A stretch of DNA of 64,000 bases, taken from assembly GCF_006345805.1 (NCBI RefSeq), contig NC_043008.1:37138001-37202000 (forward strand). Reading direction: 5' to 3'. Below, in pieces: positions 1-11,699 of this stretch; within the stretch, counting starts at the first letter, position 1; each line of letters begins with the position of its first letter. Source of the stretch: Octopus sinensis. Lineage: Eukaryota. The notes under the pieces were generated by a model. That model ran no database searches. It saw only the letters and a list, made by a program, of their open reading frames with translations, and had not been told where the DNA came from. The position numbers were made by a program, and so were the translations under genes.

Positions 1-149
1 GCCAAAAAAAAAAAATTAAAAAAGTAATAAATAAATAAATATAAACAAAAAGCACAATACATTTTTACACCATATTTTATGGCATACAAGCCAAAAATTT
101 CAGAGTGAAATTTACACAAGATCACCTCCTCCATTGTCCCCTCCCCTCC

Positions 150-458
150 CAAAGATTCCTTGTCTTGCAAAGGTACTCGATGACCCTACCACTTAAAAAG
201 CACCCAGTCCTGGTTGACATTTGGAAGGGCATCCAGCTGTAAAAACCATGCCAAAACTGACCTCGCCTGTGTGAGTGCCACGTAAAAAGTGCTCAGCCCA
301 CTCTACAGAGTGATTGGTGTTAGGAAGGGCATCCAGTCATAAAAACCATGCCAAAACAGACACAGAAGCATGGTGCAGGTTCTTGACTGGGCAGGTCCTG
401 TCAAACTGTCCAACTCATGCCAGCATGGAAGGAGGACGTTAAATGATGTTGATGACAA
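150..458 (+). mobile_element. Family C non-autonomous retroposon ((GAT)n-tailed, RTE-tail-like)
   Basis: Motif ggaagggcatccagct(g)taaaaaccatgccaaaac occurs twice. It ends ccagcatggaaggaggacgttaaatgatgttgatg, a 3' end shared by many other copies in the window. Left boundary is approximate. Confidence 0.75.
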
Positions 459-480
459 TAATGCTTATTGGATTACTGGT

Positions 481-870
481 TACTCTTTTACTCTTTTATT
501 TGTTTCAATCATTTGACTGTAGCCATGCTAGAACACCGCCTTTAGTCAAGGAAATTGACCCCAGGACTTATTCTTTGTAAGCCTAATATTTATTCTATCA
601 CCTCTTTTGTTGAAGCGCTAAGTTATGTGGACATAAACACACCAGCATCTGTTGTCAAGTGATGTTGGGAGTACAAACACAAACACACATACATATACAT
701 ATATACGACAGGCTTCTTTCAGTTTTCATCTACCAAATCCACTTACAAGGCTTTGGTCAGCCTGAGGCTATAGTAGAAGACACTTGCCCAAGGTACCATG
801 CAGTGGGACTGAACCTGGAACCATGTGGCTGGTAAGCGAGCTACTTACCACACAGCCACTCCTGTACCTA
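481..870 (-). mobile_element. tRNA-headed SINE, family A (~400-450 bp, internal (TA)/(TG) tract, (GAGTAAAA)n tail)
   Basis: Reverse complement matches the copies at 8061-8506, 14477-14875, 16086-16482 and 42722-43140. Head carries A-box-like TGGCTGTGTGG and B-box-like GGTTCAGTCCC. Confidence 0.9.
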
Positions 871-920
871 TGTATTTGTATTTTTTGTTTATATATTTTC
901 TTTAATATTGTAGATCATCA

Positions 921-1161
921 AAGCAGCATGCTGGCAGAATTGTTAGCATGCTGGGCAAAATGCTTAGCAGCATTCTGTCTCTCTTTATGTTCTGAGTTCA
1001 AATCCTGCTGAGGCTGAGTTTACCTTTCATCATTTTGAGGTCGATAAAACAAGTACCCGTTGAACAGCAGGGTCGATGTAATTGACTTAAAATAACACCC
1101 ACCCCACCACCACAAGCGCCCCAAAAATTGCTGGCCTAGTGCTAAAATTTGAAACCAATAC
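921..1161 (+). mobile_element. tRNA-headed SINE, family B variant
   Basis: Head gctggcagaattgttagca...gagttcaaatcc and core cctttcatc..tt.gggtcgataaaa.aagtacc are shared with other B copies; the 3' end differs. Confidence 0.75.
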
Positions 1162-1562
1162 TGCAATTCATTGATAATAATATCATTCATTACAAGCTTA
1201 CAACATGCCAATAATTGGTTAATTTCATTTCTGAAAGCGAGTATTTACAATTTGGTGTAAAACAAATATTGTCAATGATTTTGTTTGAAGAACACCAAAC
1301 TTTCTGTTACTTTGATGATGTTACCAAATTCCACTCATAAAGTATTGGTCAACCAAAATGGTATGGTAAATGACACTTGCCCAAGATGCTGTGCATTGGA
1401 ATGGAACTCAAGACTATGTAGCTGGAAAGGAAACTTTTTGATCACCCAGCTATGTTTGGAATTAACTCTTTCGACTGCACTACTTGCCTACAGAATTTTG
1501 CCCTTTAGGTAAGGCAAGAAGTCAAAGATAGCGAGAATTATTGCTAACAATAATGTAATATA

Positions 1563-1565
<3 letters not shown>

Positions 1566-1606
<41 letters not shown>

Positions 1607-1737
1607 TATATATTATATATATATACATACATACATACACATATATATATATATATACATACATATATATATATATACATACATAATATATATATATATA
1701 CACACACATACATACATACATACATACATACATACAT

Positions 1738-1780
<43 letters not shown>

Positions 1781-1858
1781 TATATATATATACATATATA
1801 TACATACATATATATATATATACATATATAAATATATACATACATACATACATATACA
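1566..1858. repeat. Compound (TA)n/(TACA)n microsatellite
   Basis: Seen directly; explains the Y/I/V/M-rich ORFs here. Confidence 0.97.
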
Positions 1859-2503
1859 TCTGCACGACTTCTATACACACTGTCTTTTACTACCCGCCAT
1901 TGCTTCTTCACCAAACTTTTTTGGCGCCCTCCGATTCTTCCCCTCTCTTCCTCCCATCCTCCTCCCCTCTTCCTCCCATCCTCCTTAATCCCTTCTTTCT
2001 CCTTCTCTCTTGGTCACTGATTCTGTCCCCTGCCTTCCACCCTCTTTGATTCCCTCTCTCTCTGTCTCTCTTTCTCTCTCTCCTGACCTGCTGCTTCTTT
2101 AACCATTCTGTTGGCCTTCGTATCTCGACCAACATGTGTCCCCGCTACCGAAACGGTAATTATTTCTACGCCAGCTGCTATGTTGTTGTTGTTTTGTCTC
2201 ATTTGGTCTAAAGTCGTATGACAACCACCGTTATATACATTTTGTTTTTTCATTACTGTTTTCAATTTCGTTTTCGTCTCTTGTATTCACATCCGTCTTG
2301 TGCGTTCACATTCCTGTCTTCTACCAAGAAATCTAATGCTTACAGCTTAGTTATTTTTCTTGGGGCTGGCCGAGTTGGAGCAAATATCAGAATTGAACAG
2401 CCGAAATTTGCTATGATGATTCGGTGTCTGACTGAAGATTGAAGGCTTCGAATGATTTGTCTGTGTTCCGTGTTCGTCCCTTCCTGTATTTCACGTTCAT
2501 TAT
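1859..2503. mobile_element. Unclassified CpG-rich insertion between two (TA)n tracts, possibly Penelope-like-derived
   Basis: CpG-rich relative to its flanks and bounded by microsatellites, as are the hammerhead-bearing elements at 7472 and 9905. No recognisable protein. Confidence 0.3.
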
Positions 2504-2522
2504 ATATAAAAACATTCATTCT

Positions 2523-2553
<31 letters not shown>

Positions 2554-2567
2554 ATATACATACATAC

Positions 2568-2598
<31 letters not shown>

Positions 2599-2678
2599 CA
2601 TATATATGTGTGTGTGTGTGTATGCATGTATATATATATATACACATATAAGATATATATATGTATATACGTGTGTGG
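2504..2678. repeat. Compound (TA)n/(TG)n microsatellite
   Basis: Seen directly. Confidence 0.95.
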
Positions 2679-2985
2679 TTAAGTGCAGTTGTAGACTTGT
2701 AGAAGCATTTAGTAGATTTGAGAGACAAATGGACAAACGTCAGTCTGCAAAGACCTAATTACTTTGCAGATAGCATCTACAACAGGAGGAATTGAAACAA
2801 CCCAGTGAAACCAAATGAAACACTCATTAATTTTATAGTGCTCCAAGTTCTTCAACAGTAAATTACACTGACCCTGCAATTGATTGTTGAACTTGGAAAG
2901 ATAAGTTTCTTAACGTAAGATACAATGCTGTACTGATGAGAGGAAATGAGATGCCAACCTCTTGATTAAATATCCAATGCTTTAC

Positions 2986-3042
2986 CTGCTTTGCCGGCTT
3001 TGCCTGCGTTGCCATCCAGTTTGTTATTGTAATTACAGATAG
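2986..3042 (-). CDS. Candidate 57-nt symmetric internal exon of an unidentified minus-strand gene (ICNYNNKLDGNAGKAGKA or LSVITITNWMATQAKPAKQ)
   Basis: Acceptor ttattttaatttag and donor CAG|gtaaag. Length is divisible by 3, two frames are open, and the stretch is locally GC/CpG-rich. No homology recognised. Confidence 0.3.
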
Positions 3043-4039
3043 CTAAATTAAAATAATGTATATTATTAGTTCTTCTGGTATTACTTTAAAAGTATATTAG
3101 CCTATATATTTAAGACCTTAGGGATCACTTAGGTATGATTATTCCAACACATTTGCATGACTGGAATTCAATGTATCTTGTTAACTATTTAACATAGTGG
3201 TTAATTAATTCTACCTGTTTCCCAACCAGTGGAAATTGAAAGAATTAACTATAAAGCTAGCTAGTTTATGAGTTAAACTGCTGTTGAAGATGCCATAAAA
3301 ATTTCATTGCTTTGCGTGATTAACATCCAGTTTCTGTCTTTGAGCTTATACAGTTGGAAATCTTCAATCAGTTAGCAACAAATACTATATTTCAAATCAA
3401 GCCTATGAACAAGCCTCTGCATAGTCACTTAGTCTGCTAGAAATAGCAGCCAAACCATTCTAAAATCACAACACATTTTCATTTTATGATGGCAGAGTTG
3501 TTAGAGCATGAGATATAATACTTTAAGACATTTGTTCCGACTCGCTTCACTTTGAATTCAGTTCCACTGAGGTCAACTTTGTCTTACATTTGATTTTGTT
3601 ATTGGGTGGAAGCAGCAATAAAAAGGTATCAATCTAAGGTGTTCCATTAATTTGAAATGCCTGAACCAGGTTTGTGTCACACGTTCGTTGTCAGTTGCCA
3701 GGCCTTCCACATCATTAATTTCTTTTGCCACTCTAATTGCAATCAGTCCTTTTTCTTCTCAGGTGTGTGTAAAATTGCTCTTATTGCAATTTTTTTTACC
3801 ACTCATTATCAAAACTGTAAAATAAAAAAATAAACAATTGTTGACTGGACAGCAAGTTGTATCAAATTTATGATATAACATGGAGATACAAGTTGCCAAG
3901 AATCAGCTGTGAAAATCCCCCAAATCTTTTAACTCAACCTACGCAGCCTGGTGTGTGTGTTTGTGTTTGTCTACACACACATACACACACACACACACAT
4001 ACACATATATATGCACATATATATATATATAAATATATC

Positions 4040-4232
4040 CTTTCTACTCTAGGCACAAGACCTGAAATTTTGTGGGGAGGGGTCCAGTCGATTAGGTTGA
4101 CCCCAGTACTCAACTGGTACTTGATTTATCAACCCTGAAAGGATGAAAGACAAAGTCGGCCTCGGTGGAATTTAACCTCAGAATGTAAAGACAGAAGAAA
4201 TACCGCTAAGCATGTCGCCCAGTGTGCTAACA
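4040..4232 (-). mobile_element. SINE family B
   Basis: Reverse complement of the B head and core. Confidence 0.8.
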
Positions 4233-4265
4233 TTTCTGCCAGCTCGCCTTATATATATAATATAT

Positions 4266-4503
4266 ATATATATTATTATCATCATCATCGTTTAATGTAC
4301 ATCTTCCATGAATGCATGGATAGGATGGTTGACAGGAGCTGGCCAGGTACAAAAACTACCCAAGGTTACTGTGTCTATGTTGGCAGAGATTTTACGGCTG
4401 GATGCCCTTCCTTCCTAAAACCAACCACTCTGCAGAGCAGACTCAGTGATTTTTATATGGTATTAGCACAGGCAAGGTTAGTTTTGGCATGATTTTTACA
4501 GCT
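4266..4503 (-). mobile_element. Family C retroposon
   Basis: (cat)n tail, then gtttaatgtac..ttccatg..tgcatggataggatgg and ggatgcccttcc. Confidence 0.75.
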
Positions 4504-4568
4504 GTATGTGTGTGTGTGTGTGTGTCTGTCTGTCTGTCTGTGTTTGTGTGTGTGCATTTTATATATAT

Positions 4569-4975
4569 ACTAACAGCTAAGCCCAGTTTCACCCGGTCTG
4601 TTTGGATGATGTGGCTGTGATCGTTTTTGGTTAGGCATAATCTATGACAGCGTTTGTCAACCATATCATTTCGGGTCCCCTGTTTCGATTGGAACCTCCA
4701 GCTATATGAAAATTTCCTGATCCCACCCCGTCAGAAAACAGCTTCTAAGCAACTGGTTGCTTTAATGTCAGAAGAAAGAGGGAAATTCCATTAGAAAAAG
4801 TTTTAATCGATTTTCTCGGTAAGTATGTGGGTTAGGAAAAAAAATACAAAATGCATTCCAGTCTATTCACCCGTCTCCACATGTGTGCCATTTTTCACAT
4901 GAATCCATCCAGCTGTTTGGCTGTGAACCTCAAGACAAGAAAGAATACAACGATTGCCCATGTCCAATTATATTA
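4569..4975 (+). mobile_element. Helentron/DINE-1-like non-autonomous element (HINE-like)
   Basis: Starts actaacagctaagcccagtttcacccgg and ends ttttcacatgaatccatccagctgtttggctgtgaa...attatattata running into (TA)n. This layout resembles DINE-1-like elements. Confidence 0.45.
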
Positions 4976-4978
4976 TAC

Positions 4979-5052
<74 letters not shown>
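4975..5052. repeat. (TA)n microsatellite
   Basis: Seen directly. Confidence 0.97.
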
Positions 5053-5056
<4 letters not shown>

Positions 5057-5431
5057 CATCACCAGGTGGTGCTATTAAGTTAGATATGGCCTGGGCCAAT
5101 AATGGCTGAAACCTATCAAAGTATCAAAGTATATATATATATATATATATATGTAAATACATAAATATATAGACACATATGTATATATGTGTGTATAAAT
5201 GTGTGAGAGTGTGAGTGTGTGTGTTTCCTTGTCTTGACATTGTGTGACAGTTATAAGTGAGTGTCACTCTCAAACAGCATCCTTCATTCTCATTACACAG
5301 TGAAGTCATATCTTCCCATGGCTAAATATTGACTGACCACTCAGTTGGTTACAACACTAAGTGCACCAGTTGGTCCGATCCACAGACCAGCGCCTGCTGG
5401 TGAAAAATAATATGCAGTTTACAGACACACA

Positions 5432-5665
5432 TACCTATTTCTTTACTATCCACAAGGGGCTAAACACAGAAGGGACAAACAAGGACAGACAAATGGATTA
5501 AGTCGATTACATCGACCCCAGTGCATAACTGTTACTTAATTTATCGACCCCGAAAGAATGAAAGGCAAAGTTGACCTCGTCAGAATTTGAACTCAGAACG
5601 TAACGGCAGACGAAATACCGCTAAGCATTTCATCCGGTGTGCTAAAATTTGTGCCAGCTCGCGGT
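5432..5665 (-). mobile_element. SINE family B, near full length
   Basis: Reverse complement of the copies at 24145-24380, 25765-25999 and 62180-62385. Confidence 0.9.
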
Positions 5666-6004
5666 CCTTACTATAGTCCTTAGGAAGATTCAGCACAACA
5701 CTACAAATTTGACCTATAGAACTGCTGGTGCAACTCATTTTTGACAGCTGAGTGGACTGGGGCAATGTGGAATAAAGTGTCTTGCTCAAGGACACAACAT
5801 GCTGATGAGACTTGAACTCATAATCTTACATGTATTCAGCCCTCGATCATAAGGGTAAATATTAACCTGCTTGAAAGCAGGTGGTGGTTGGCCACTTGAA
5901 GGACATCCAGCCATAGAACGACTTGTGTCTGACCCATGTAAACAGAAAAATGGACATTTAAATGATGATGATGATGATTTAATTTAGAGAACAAAACTAG
6001 TAAT

Positions 6005-6251
6005 CTATCTATCTATCCGCTCAGTCGAAGTCGACTCTCGGTCATTCGTTGGATCAGTGTCCTCCAGTCAGTTCTATCCTGGGCCGCTTCTTTCAGATTG
6101 GCTATGTCCATTCCAGTATCACTCTCGATGGTGTCAAGCCAGCGGGTTCTTGGTCGGCCTCTTCCTCTCTTGCCACTGACCATTCCGAGCATGATGTCCT
6201 TCTCCAGGGATTTTCTCCGCATAACATGACCGAAATAAGCCAATCTATGCT
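6005..6251 (-). mobile_element. 5'-truncated RTE-clade LINE (3' end) with 12-bp TSD
   Basis: Open frame AYFGHVMRRKSLEKDIMLGMVSGKRGRGRPRTRWLDTI...WRTLIQRMTESRLRLSG* is typical of an RTE C-terminus. Tail is (taga)n. TSD aaaactagtaat at 5993-6004 and 6252-6263. Confidence 0.92.
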
Positions 6252-6894
6252 AAAACTAGTAATAGAAATGCAGAAATTAACAAGTTATGGATTGAATTTT
6301 TAACTTAAATGCATTTATATTTTTTAATCTATGTTCTTTGTTTCCTTGTTTTTACCCAGCAACTTGAATGGCTGTCATTTGACATATTGGATTTTATAAC
6401 ACATGGGTAAGAGGCATGAATATTTATTAATTGTTTGATTATACCACCAATGAGTGCATGCATGTAAATTAGTTTTAGCTGTTTCTGTTAAGTTCTAGTT
6501 TATGTTTGATTTAAGTAGCAACTTTAATAGATTCTATAAATATAGAATGATGAGAGTGTACTTGTTCTTTGATGAGTGTTTAAGAAGCCAATGAAACAGG
6601 ATCAGATAATCAATCATTTTTATATTCCAGTGTGAAGAGAATAATATTGTATGTTTACATCTGTGTTGTGCTTAAATAGCTATAATATATACGGAAGTAC
6701 AAGGATGATACATAGATGTAGGTATGCCCAGGAAGTTAAAATTTTGTTTCCTAGCCATGTGGTTTTTGGGATCAGTATCACTATATAGTATCTTGCTAAG
6801 TTTATTCTATGGCCCCAAACCACCAAATGCCTTGTGAGTGAGACAGAAACTCTACAAAGCTTCTTTTATATGCATTTTACACATTAATTTACTC

Positions 6895-7248
6895 TGTTAC
6901 TCTTTTATTTGTTTCAGTCATTTTGACTGTGGCCATGCTGGGGCAACGTCTTTAGTTGGAAAAATTGACCCCAGAACTTATTCTATTGGTCTCTTTTGCT
7001 GAGCTGCTAGGTTACAGGGACATAAACACACCGGCATCGGTTGTTAACTGATGGTGGGGGAACAAACACAGACACACGAATACATACATCCATCATCATC
7101 ATCATCATCATTTAGCGTCCATTTTCCATGCTAGCATGGGTTGGACGGTTTAACTGGAGTCTGTGAAGCCGGAAGGCTTCATCAGGCCCAGTCAGATTTG
7201 GCAGTGTTTCTACAGTTGGATGCCCTTCCTAACGCCAACCACTCCGTA

Positions 7249-7280
<32 letters not shown>

Positions 7281-7438
7281 CAACGGGCTTCTTCCAGTTT
7301 TCCATCTACCAAATCCACTCACAAGGCTTTGGTCGGCCTGAAGCTATAGCAGAAGACACTTGCCCAAGGTGCAATGGGACTGAATCCAGAACCATGTTAT
7401 TGGTAAGCAAGCAACTTAGCACACAGTGACTCCTGTGT
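6895..7438 (-). mobile_element. SINE family A interrupted by a family C fragment (7090-7245)
   Basis: A 3' half at 6895-7089 and A 5' half at about 7270-7438; a C-type (cat)n-tailed piece sits inside the central microsatellite. Confidence 0.85.
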
Positions 7439-7471
7439 TCATTTATTCATACATACATACATACATACATA

Positions 7472-7680
7472 CAAAATGTGACCGCGTGTGTACCGTTGGC
7501 GATTTTTTTCCTCTGTCTTCCCTTCTCTGGATCTTTCCTTTTCCTATGTTTCCGATGAAGAGCTCTGCTCGAAACGTTAAACCCTCCTTCTTTCCTTCTT
7601 TCCTGAGCGTCCAATAATACTATATTTGTTCCACGTCCTCACGTTGTTGTGTTTTTTTGTGCTTTCTTGTTTGGATTAAC

Positions 7681-7682
<2 letters not shown>
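7472..7682 (+). mobile_element. Small element in a (TACA)n tract with a decayed hammerhead motif (7548-7582); Penelope-like-derived
   Basis: gttt-CCGATGA-a-gagc-tct-gctc-GAAAC-GTT-aaac gives stem I gttt/aaac and stem II gagc/gctc. The core differs from CTGATGA at one position. (TACA)n lies on both sides. Confidence 0.6.
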
Positions 7683-7722
<40 letters not shown>

Positions 7723-7901
7723 CCTGTCTACCTGTTGTAATATACATATATTACAGCAGGTAGACAACAAGTCAAAAATTCAAAAGGTGGTGGACAAAGT
7801 CATGCACAGTGCATTGTATACCATAAAAGGGAAAAGGAAAAGAAGCAGACTAATGTTTAAGGTGGGCCCTTTATCAAAGAAAAGTAAGAAAGAAGTAATC
7901 A

Positions 7902-8227
7902 AGCATAAGCCAGTGTCAACGGTAGTTCCAGAAATTCCAAGCCAGAAACTACAGCCTAGAAGATGAGCCTCATCCTGGAAGAGCTGTAGAGTTTGATGGG
8001 GACATCCTGCAAACTCTGATGGAACAAAATCCCATTGTAACTGTTGAAGAACTAACAACATATAGGCGCAGGAGTGGCTGTGTGGTAAGTAGCTTGCTTA
8101 CCAACCACATGGTTCTGGGTTCAGTCCCACTGCGTGGCATCTTGGGCAAGTGTCTTCTGCTATAGCCTCGGGCTGACCAATGCCTTGTGAGTCGATTTGG
8201 TAGACGGAAACTGAAAGAAGCCAGTCG

Positions 8228-8284
<57 letters not shown>

Positions 8285-8689
8285 ATATGTTTGTGTGTCT
8301 GTGTTTGTCCCCCCACCATCGCTTGACAACCGATGCTGGTGTGTTTACGTCCCCGTCACTTATCGGTTCGGCAAAAAGAGACCAATAGAATAAGTACTGG
8401 GCTTACAAAGAATAAGTCCCGGGGTCGATTTGCTCGACTAAAGGCAGTACTCCAGCATGGTCGCAGTCAAATGACTGAAACAAGTAAAAGAGTAAAAGAG
8501 TAAAGAGAGAAGCTTGGATTTGGTCATTCAACCATTCATCGACACTTGTGGGCCATCAGAAAAGTCAACAAATTGGGCCAATGGGTTCCTCACAAACTTT
8601 CTGAGTCTAATCATATGCAGAGAGTGAATGTGTGCTCTTCTTTGTTGTCACATCTCATGAATGAACCTTTTTGGGACTGAATAGTGACT
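7902..8689 (+). pseudogene. Mariner transposase remnant (HTH to WVPH-L motif), split by a SINE
   Basis: 7902-8058 reads SISQCQR*FQKFQARNYSLEDEPHPGRAVEFDGDILQTLMEQNPIVTVEELT. It resumes in frame at 8507 with EKLGFGHSTIHRHLWAIRKVNKLGQWVPHKLSESNHMQRVNVCSSLL...IVT and stops just before the first catalytic Asp. Confidence 0.9.
8061..8506 (+). mobile_element. SINE family A, full length
   Basis: tRNA-like head, central (TA)/(TG) tract and (gagtaaaa) tail; inserted in the mariner remnant. Confidence 0.93.
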
Positions 8690-9098
8690 ATCTATTTATA
8701 TATTTATTTATTTGTTTATAATTTATACCTCTATCTCTATTTCTCATAAGTAACACAGGAAAACGTATATATATCTATTGTGTGTGTATTACTCTGTTGC
8801 TGTATTATTTACTATTTTTTCCCTCATGACACTTCATTGAAGCTACACTCATAACTGTAGGCAGGTAGAGAGTCAACAGAAAATATGAATGGAACAGTAA
8901 CACCCACCACCATACCACACCACATGACTAAAGACAGAAGGGATAAGAAGAGAGAGGGAAAAAATCGTAAATAATACACAGAAACATACAGGGTAACACA
9001 CGCACAAGAGACATATATGTGTTTTTCTGTGTTACTTATGAGAAATAGAGAGAGATGTATAAAAAAATAAACAAATAAATAAATATATAAATAGATAG
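8688..9098. repeat. Inverted duplication with ~140-bp arms (8688-8825 / 8954-9098) and a 128-nt spacer
   Basis: For example, ctctatttctcataagtaacacag is mirrored by ctgtgttacttatgagaaatagag. The match extends with small indels out to ccctc/gaggg. Confidence 0.88.
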
Positions 9099-9904
9099 AT
9101 AAATAAATATATAAATGCATTTGTTGTATACCTGTGATAAATATAAGACATAGAGATAGATAAAATGAATGAATGGCATGGATACATACAACATATGAAG
9201 CGAAGCCATATACACACACACACATGAAATTTCATGGACAGCCATAACAATGTCAACAACACAATTAACAATGACAGTAGCAGTGGCTGTGACAATGATG
9301 ACAATAACAACAACAACAACTACCATGATGGCAACACCTTGGGCACGAAGGAATACAGGAACTGTACCATATTTTTCTAGAGGGTTTTAGGACAGCAGAA
9401 GCAGCACAAAAGGTGAGAGGATGGGGCTGAGGGGAAGGCTATGCTGCTGCTAAAAACTATGACACACACACACAAGCATACACATACACATACACATACA
9501 CACTCATGCACGTACACACACACACACACACACACAGGGACACATCTTAGAAGAGTGGAATGGAGTAAGTGGAGCAAGAACATGCATGAAAACGAAAAGT
9601 GTCACTGAAGAGGTCACAGATGTGTGACAAAAGATTTCCAGGCAATGGACATGAGTTGAAATAATAAAATAAGAACAGCAATAAATGAGTGAAGGAAAAA
9701 TATATAGTGCATGCATTTATTTGGCAAAAAAAAATTAAAATGACCATCCCGAAATATATGTTTCAACACACAATTTCACATCAGGAATCTTGCAAAACAA
9801 ATTAATAAACGTATATATATATATGTATAATATAAATAATATAAGATATAGGCATATATACATAAATATATGTACATACCTACATATATATGTATATATA
9901 CATG

Positions 9905-10211
9905 CATATATGGGTACAGGACATCAAAAAAACCTTGAACACAATGAGAAACGAAAACATAAAAACAAAAACATAGAAACGAACTCTTTTTCAAACAACG
10001 GAAAAAACAAACAGAGAAATGAGATATACAACACAAAGAATATTCTCCTTCTTCAGTTGTCCGTTTCATCTACTCCTTGTTTCGAAGGTAAGGACAAGCT
10101 GCAACTTCATTGAAACAGTCCTTCCTGCAAAGCAAATTAAATAAAATTGGGGATTTTTTGCAGAGGGTGAAAGTGGTAACAAGAACAGGACAGTGAGGAC
10201 AAATATATATA

Positions 10212-10257
<46 letters not shown>

Positions 10258-10445
10258 GGGAAAGTTTACGAAAAAAACAAAAGACGAAAACAGGTGGTGT
10301 ACAAAACAAACAGATGTATTAGTATAACACTCAGGAATAGAAAAAGTCTTTTACATTTTGAGCCTACGCTCTTCTACAGAAAGTTACACAGAAAAAACAA
10401 GGAGAGAGAAAAATGTGTGTAGTGGCTAACGATCTATCATGGCGA
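9905..10445 (-). mobile_element. Two small Penelope-like-derived elements around a (TA)n tract; decayed hammerhead motif at 10348-10383
   Basis: Minus strand cttt-CTGTAGA-a-gagc-gtag-gctc-AAAAT-GTA-aaag gives stem I cttt/aaag and stem II gagc/gctc. AAAAT could be CpG decay of GAAAC. Layout resembles 7472-7682. Confidence 0.5.
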
Positions 10446-11699
10446 CACGCACATACACATGTGTATGTGTGCATGCTTGTGTGCATGCTTGTGTACCTGT
10501 ATGTATGTTAATTGTCTGTACCTTCACAAAATATTATTCCACTACAGATGGTGATATTGTTGACATTTGACGGTCTACAATTCAACCAACTAGTCAATAC
10601 TTTGAAAGATGAGTGGAATGAGAGTTCCCTTAATTAAACTACAGGTAAGGGTCAGAAACAAGAAGAGCTCTTGGCTATGAAATATGCCTCCATAATAATA
10701 TGTAAATGTATAACACATGGTATCATGAAGAAAAAAGACTGACGTAAAACAAACAACTACACACATACACATGCACACACTCACAGACACATTACATAAT
10801 ATAAAGAGCTTGTGTTGATGTTTTTTTTTTATCGTGTAAAACACTAAAATGTTTAATATACAAAATAACACAATTCATACAGTACAGTCTATATGCAATA
10901 AAGACAAAACAATAAAGTAATGCAAAAACAATAACAGTAAAACAAACTCCTCACAACGAATCAGCATAAACGTAGCCTACAAGCACAGTTTTGTACTCCC
11001 AGAAGACAAAGCAGTACACAACCCAGTAACACAAGAACATGAAGGCGGTGTACCTCACATGAAATTGTTGAAAGCAACATCATGATAATATTAAAGAAAT
11101 AAATACAATAAATTTCCAATGTAAACAGTGTATATATTTTTAATATTTTTCAAAATGTTCTCCAACCTTAAAAATTCAGTTTGTTTACTTTTAATCAATA
11201 TATAATACTAAATTTGAAAGGAACTATTTTTTTTTCATCTGTCTGCTGAAAACAAAATATTACAATTAAAAAAAGAATTACAATTAAATATAATAAATAG
11301 TGACAATTATAACATTAAAAAACACAACAAAAAAAAACAACAGAAATTTATAGTCTCTGAAGAAAATATTGAAAAAAATATTGATTAATATTGTTGTGTT
11401 TTAGCCCTAGGCTAACCATAGTCATGTAATGAAACATGCACAGGCAATCTTAGTTTTCTATGGTAACAGCATTTCTGTTATGATCATTTATTTTCTTTAG
11501 GATTAGATAATCTAAAATTATAATGTAATCCTGAAATTTTTTTTTAATGATTGGGGGTGATTTGCAGGAGATCCAGGCACTATTTACAATGAGTCATATG
11601 ACCAGACAGAGGATCTTTCATAGGTTCTTGTAAAATATTGATTGTCTACATTGGTACATGAAAAGAAATTTGTAAAAGAGATAAATAGTCAATATAATC

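Noticed and set aside
784-1011. Recurrent ORFs such as MPKVPCSGTEPGTMWLVS..., MSSDVGGTNTDTQ... and MNSERSSRRNTTKHF...
   Set aside because: They come from SINE families A and B and recur with every copy.
1488-2736. Many 60-130 aa ORFs rich in Y/I/C/V/M/H/T (also around 9-10, 19.5, 26.3, 36 and 44.4 kb)
   Set aside because: They are translations of (TA)n/(CA)n/(TACA)n microsatellites, which lack stops in some frames.
6360-6406. Plus-strand exon-like units: 6360-6406 (QLEWLSFDILDFITH), 9381-9412 (GFRTAEAAQK), about 10550-10645, 25705-25742 (KILLDLLRFECL) and 61741-61787
   Set aside because: Strand asymmetry favours the minus strand, two units have stops in all usable frames, the phases do not chain, and such patterns occur by chance. 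An antisense transcript cannot be excluded without RNA data.
8061-8140. tRNA-like sequences with A/B boxes (also the heads of families B and F)
   Set aside because: They are SINE heads that continue into SINE bodies; no complete cloverleaf could be built.
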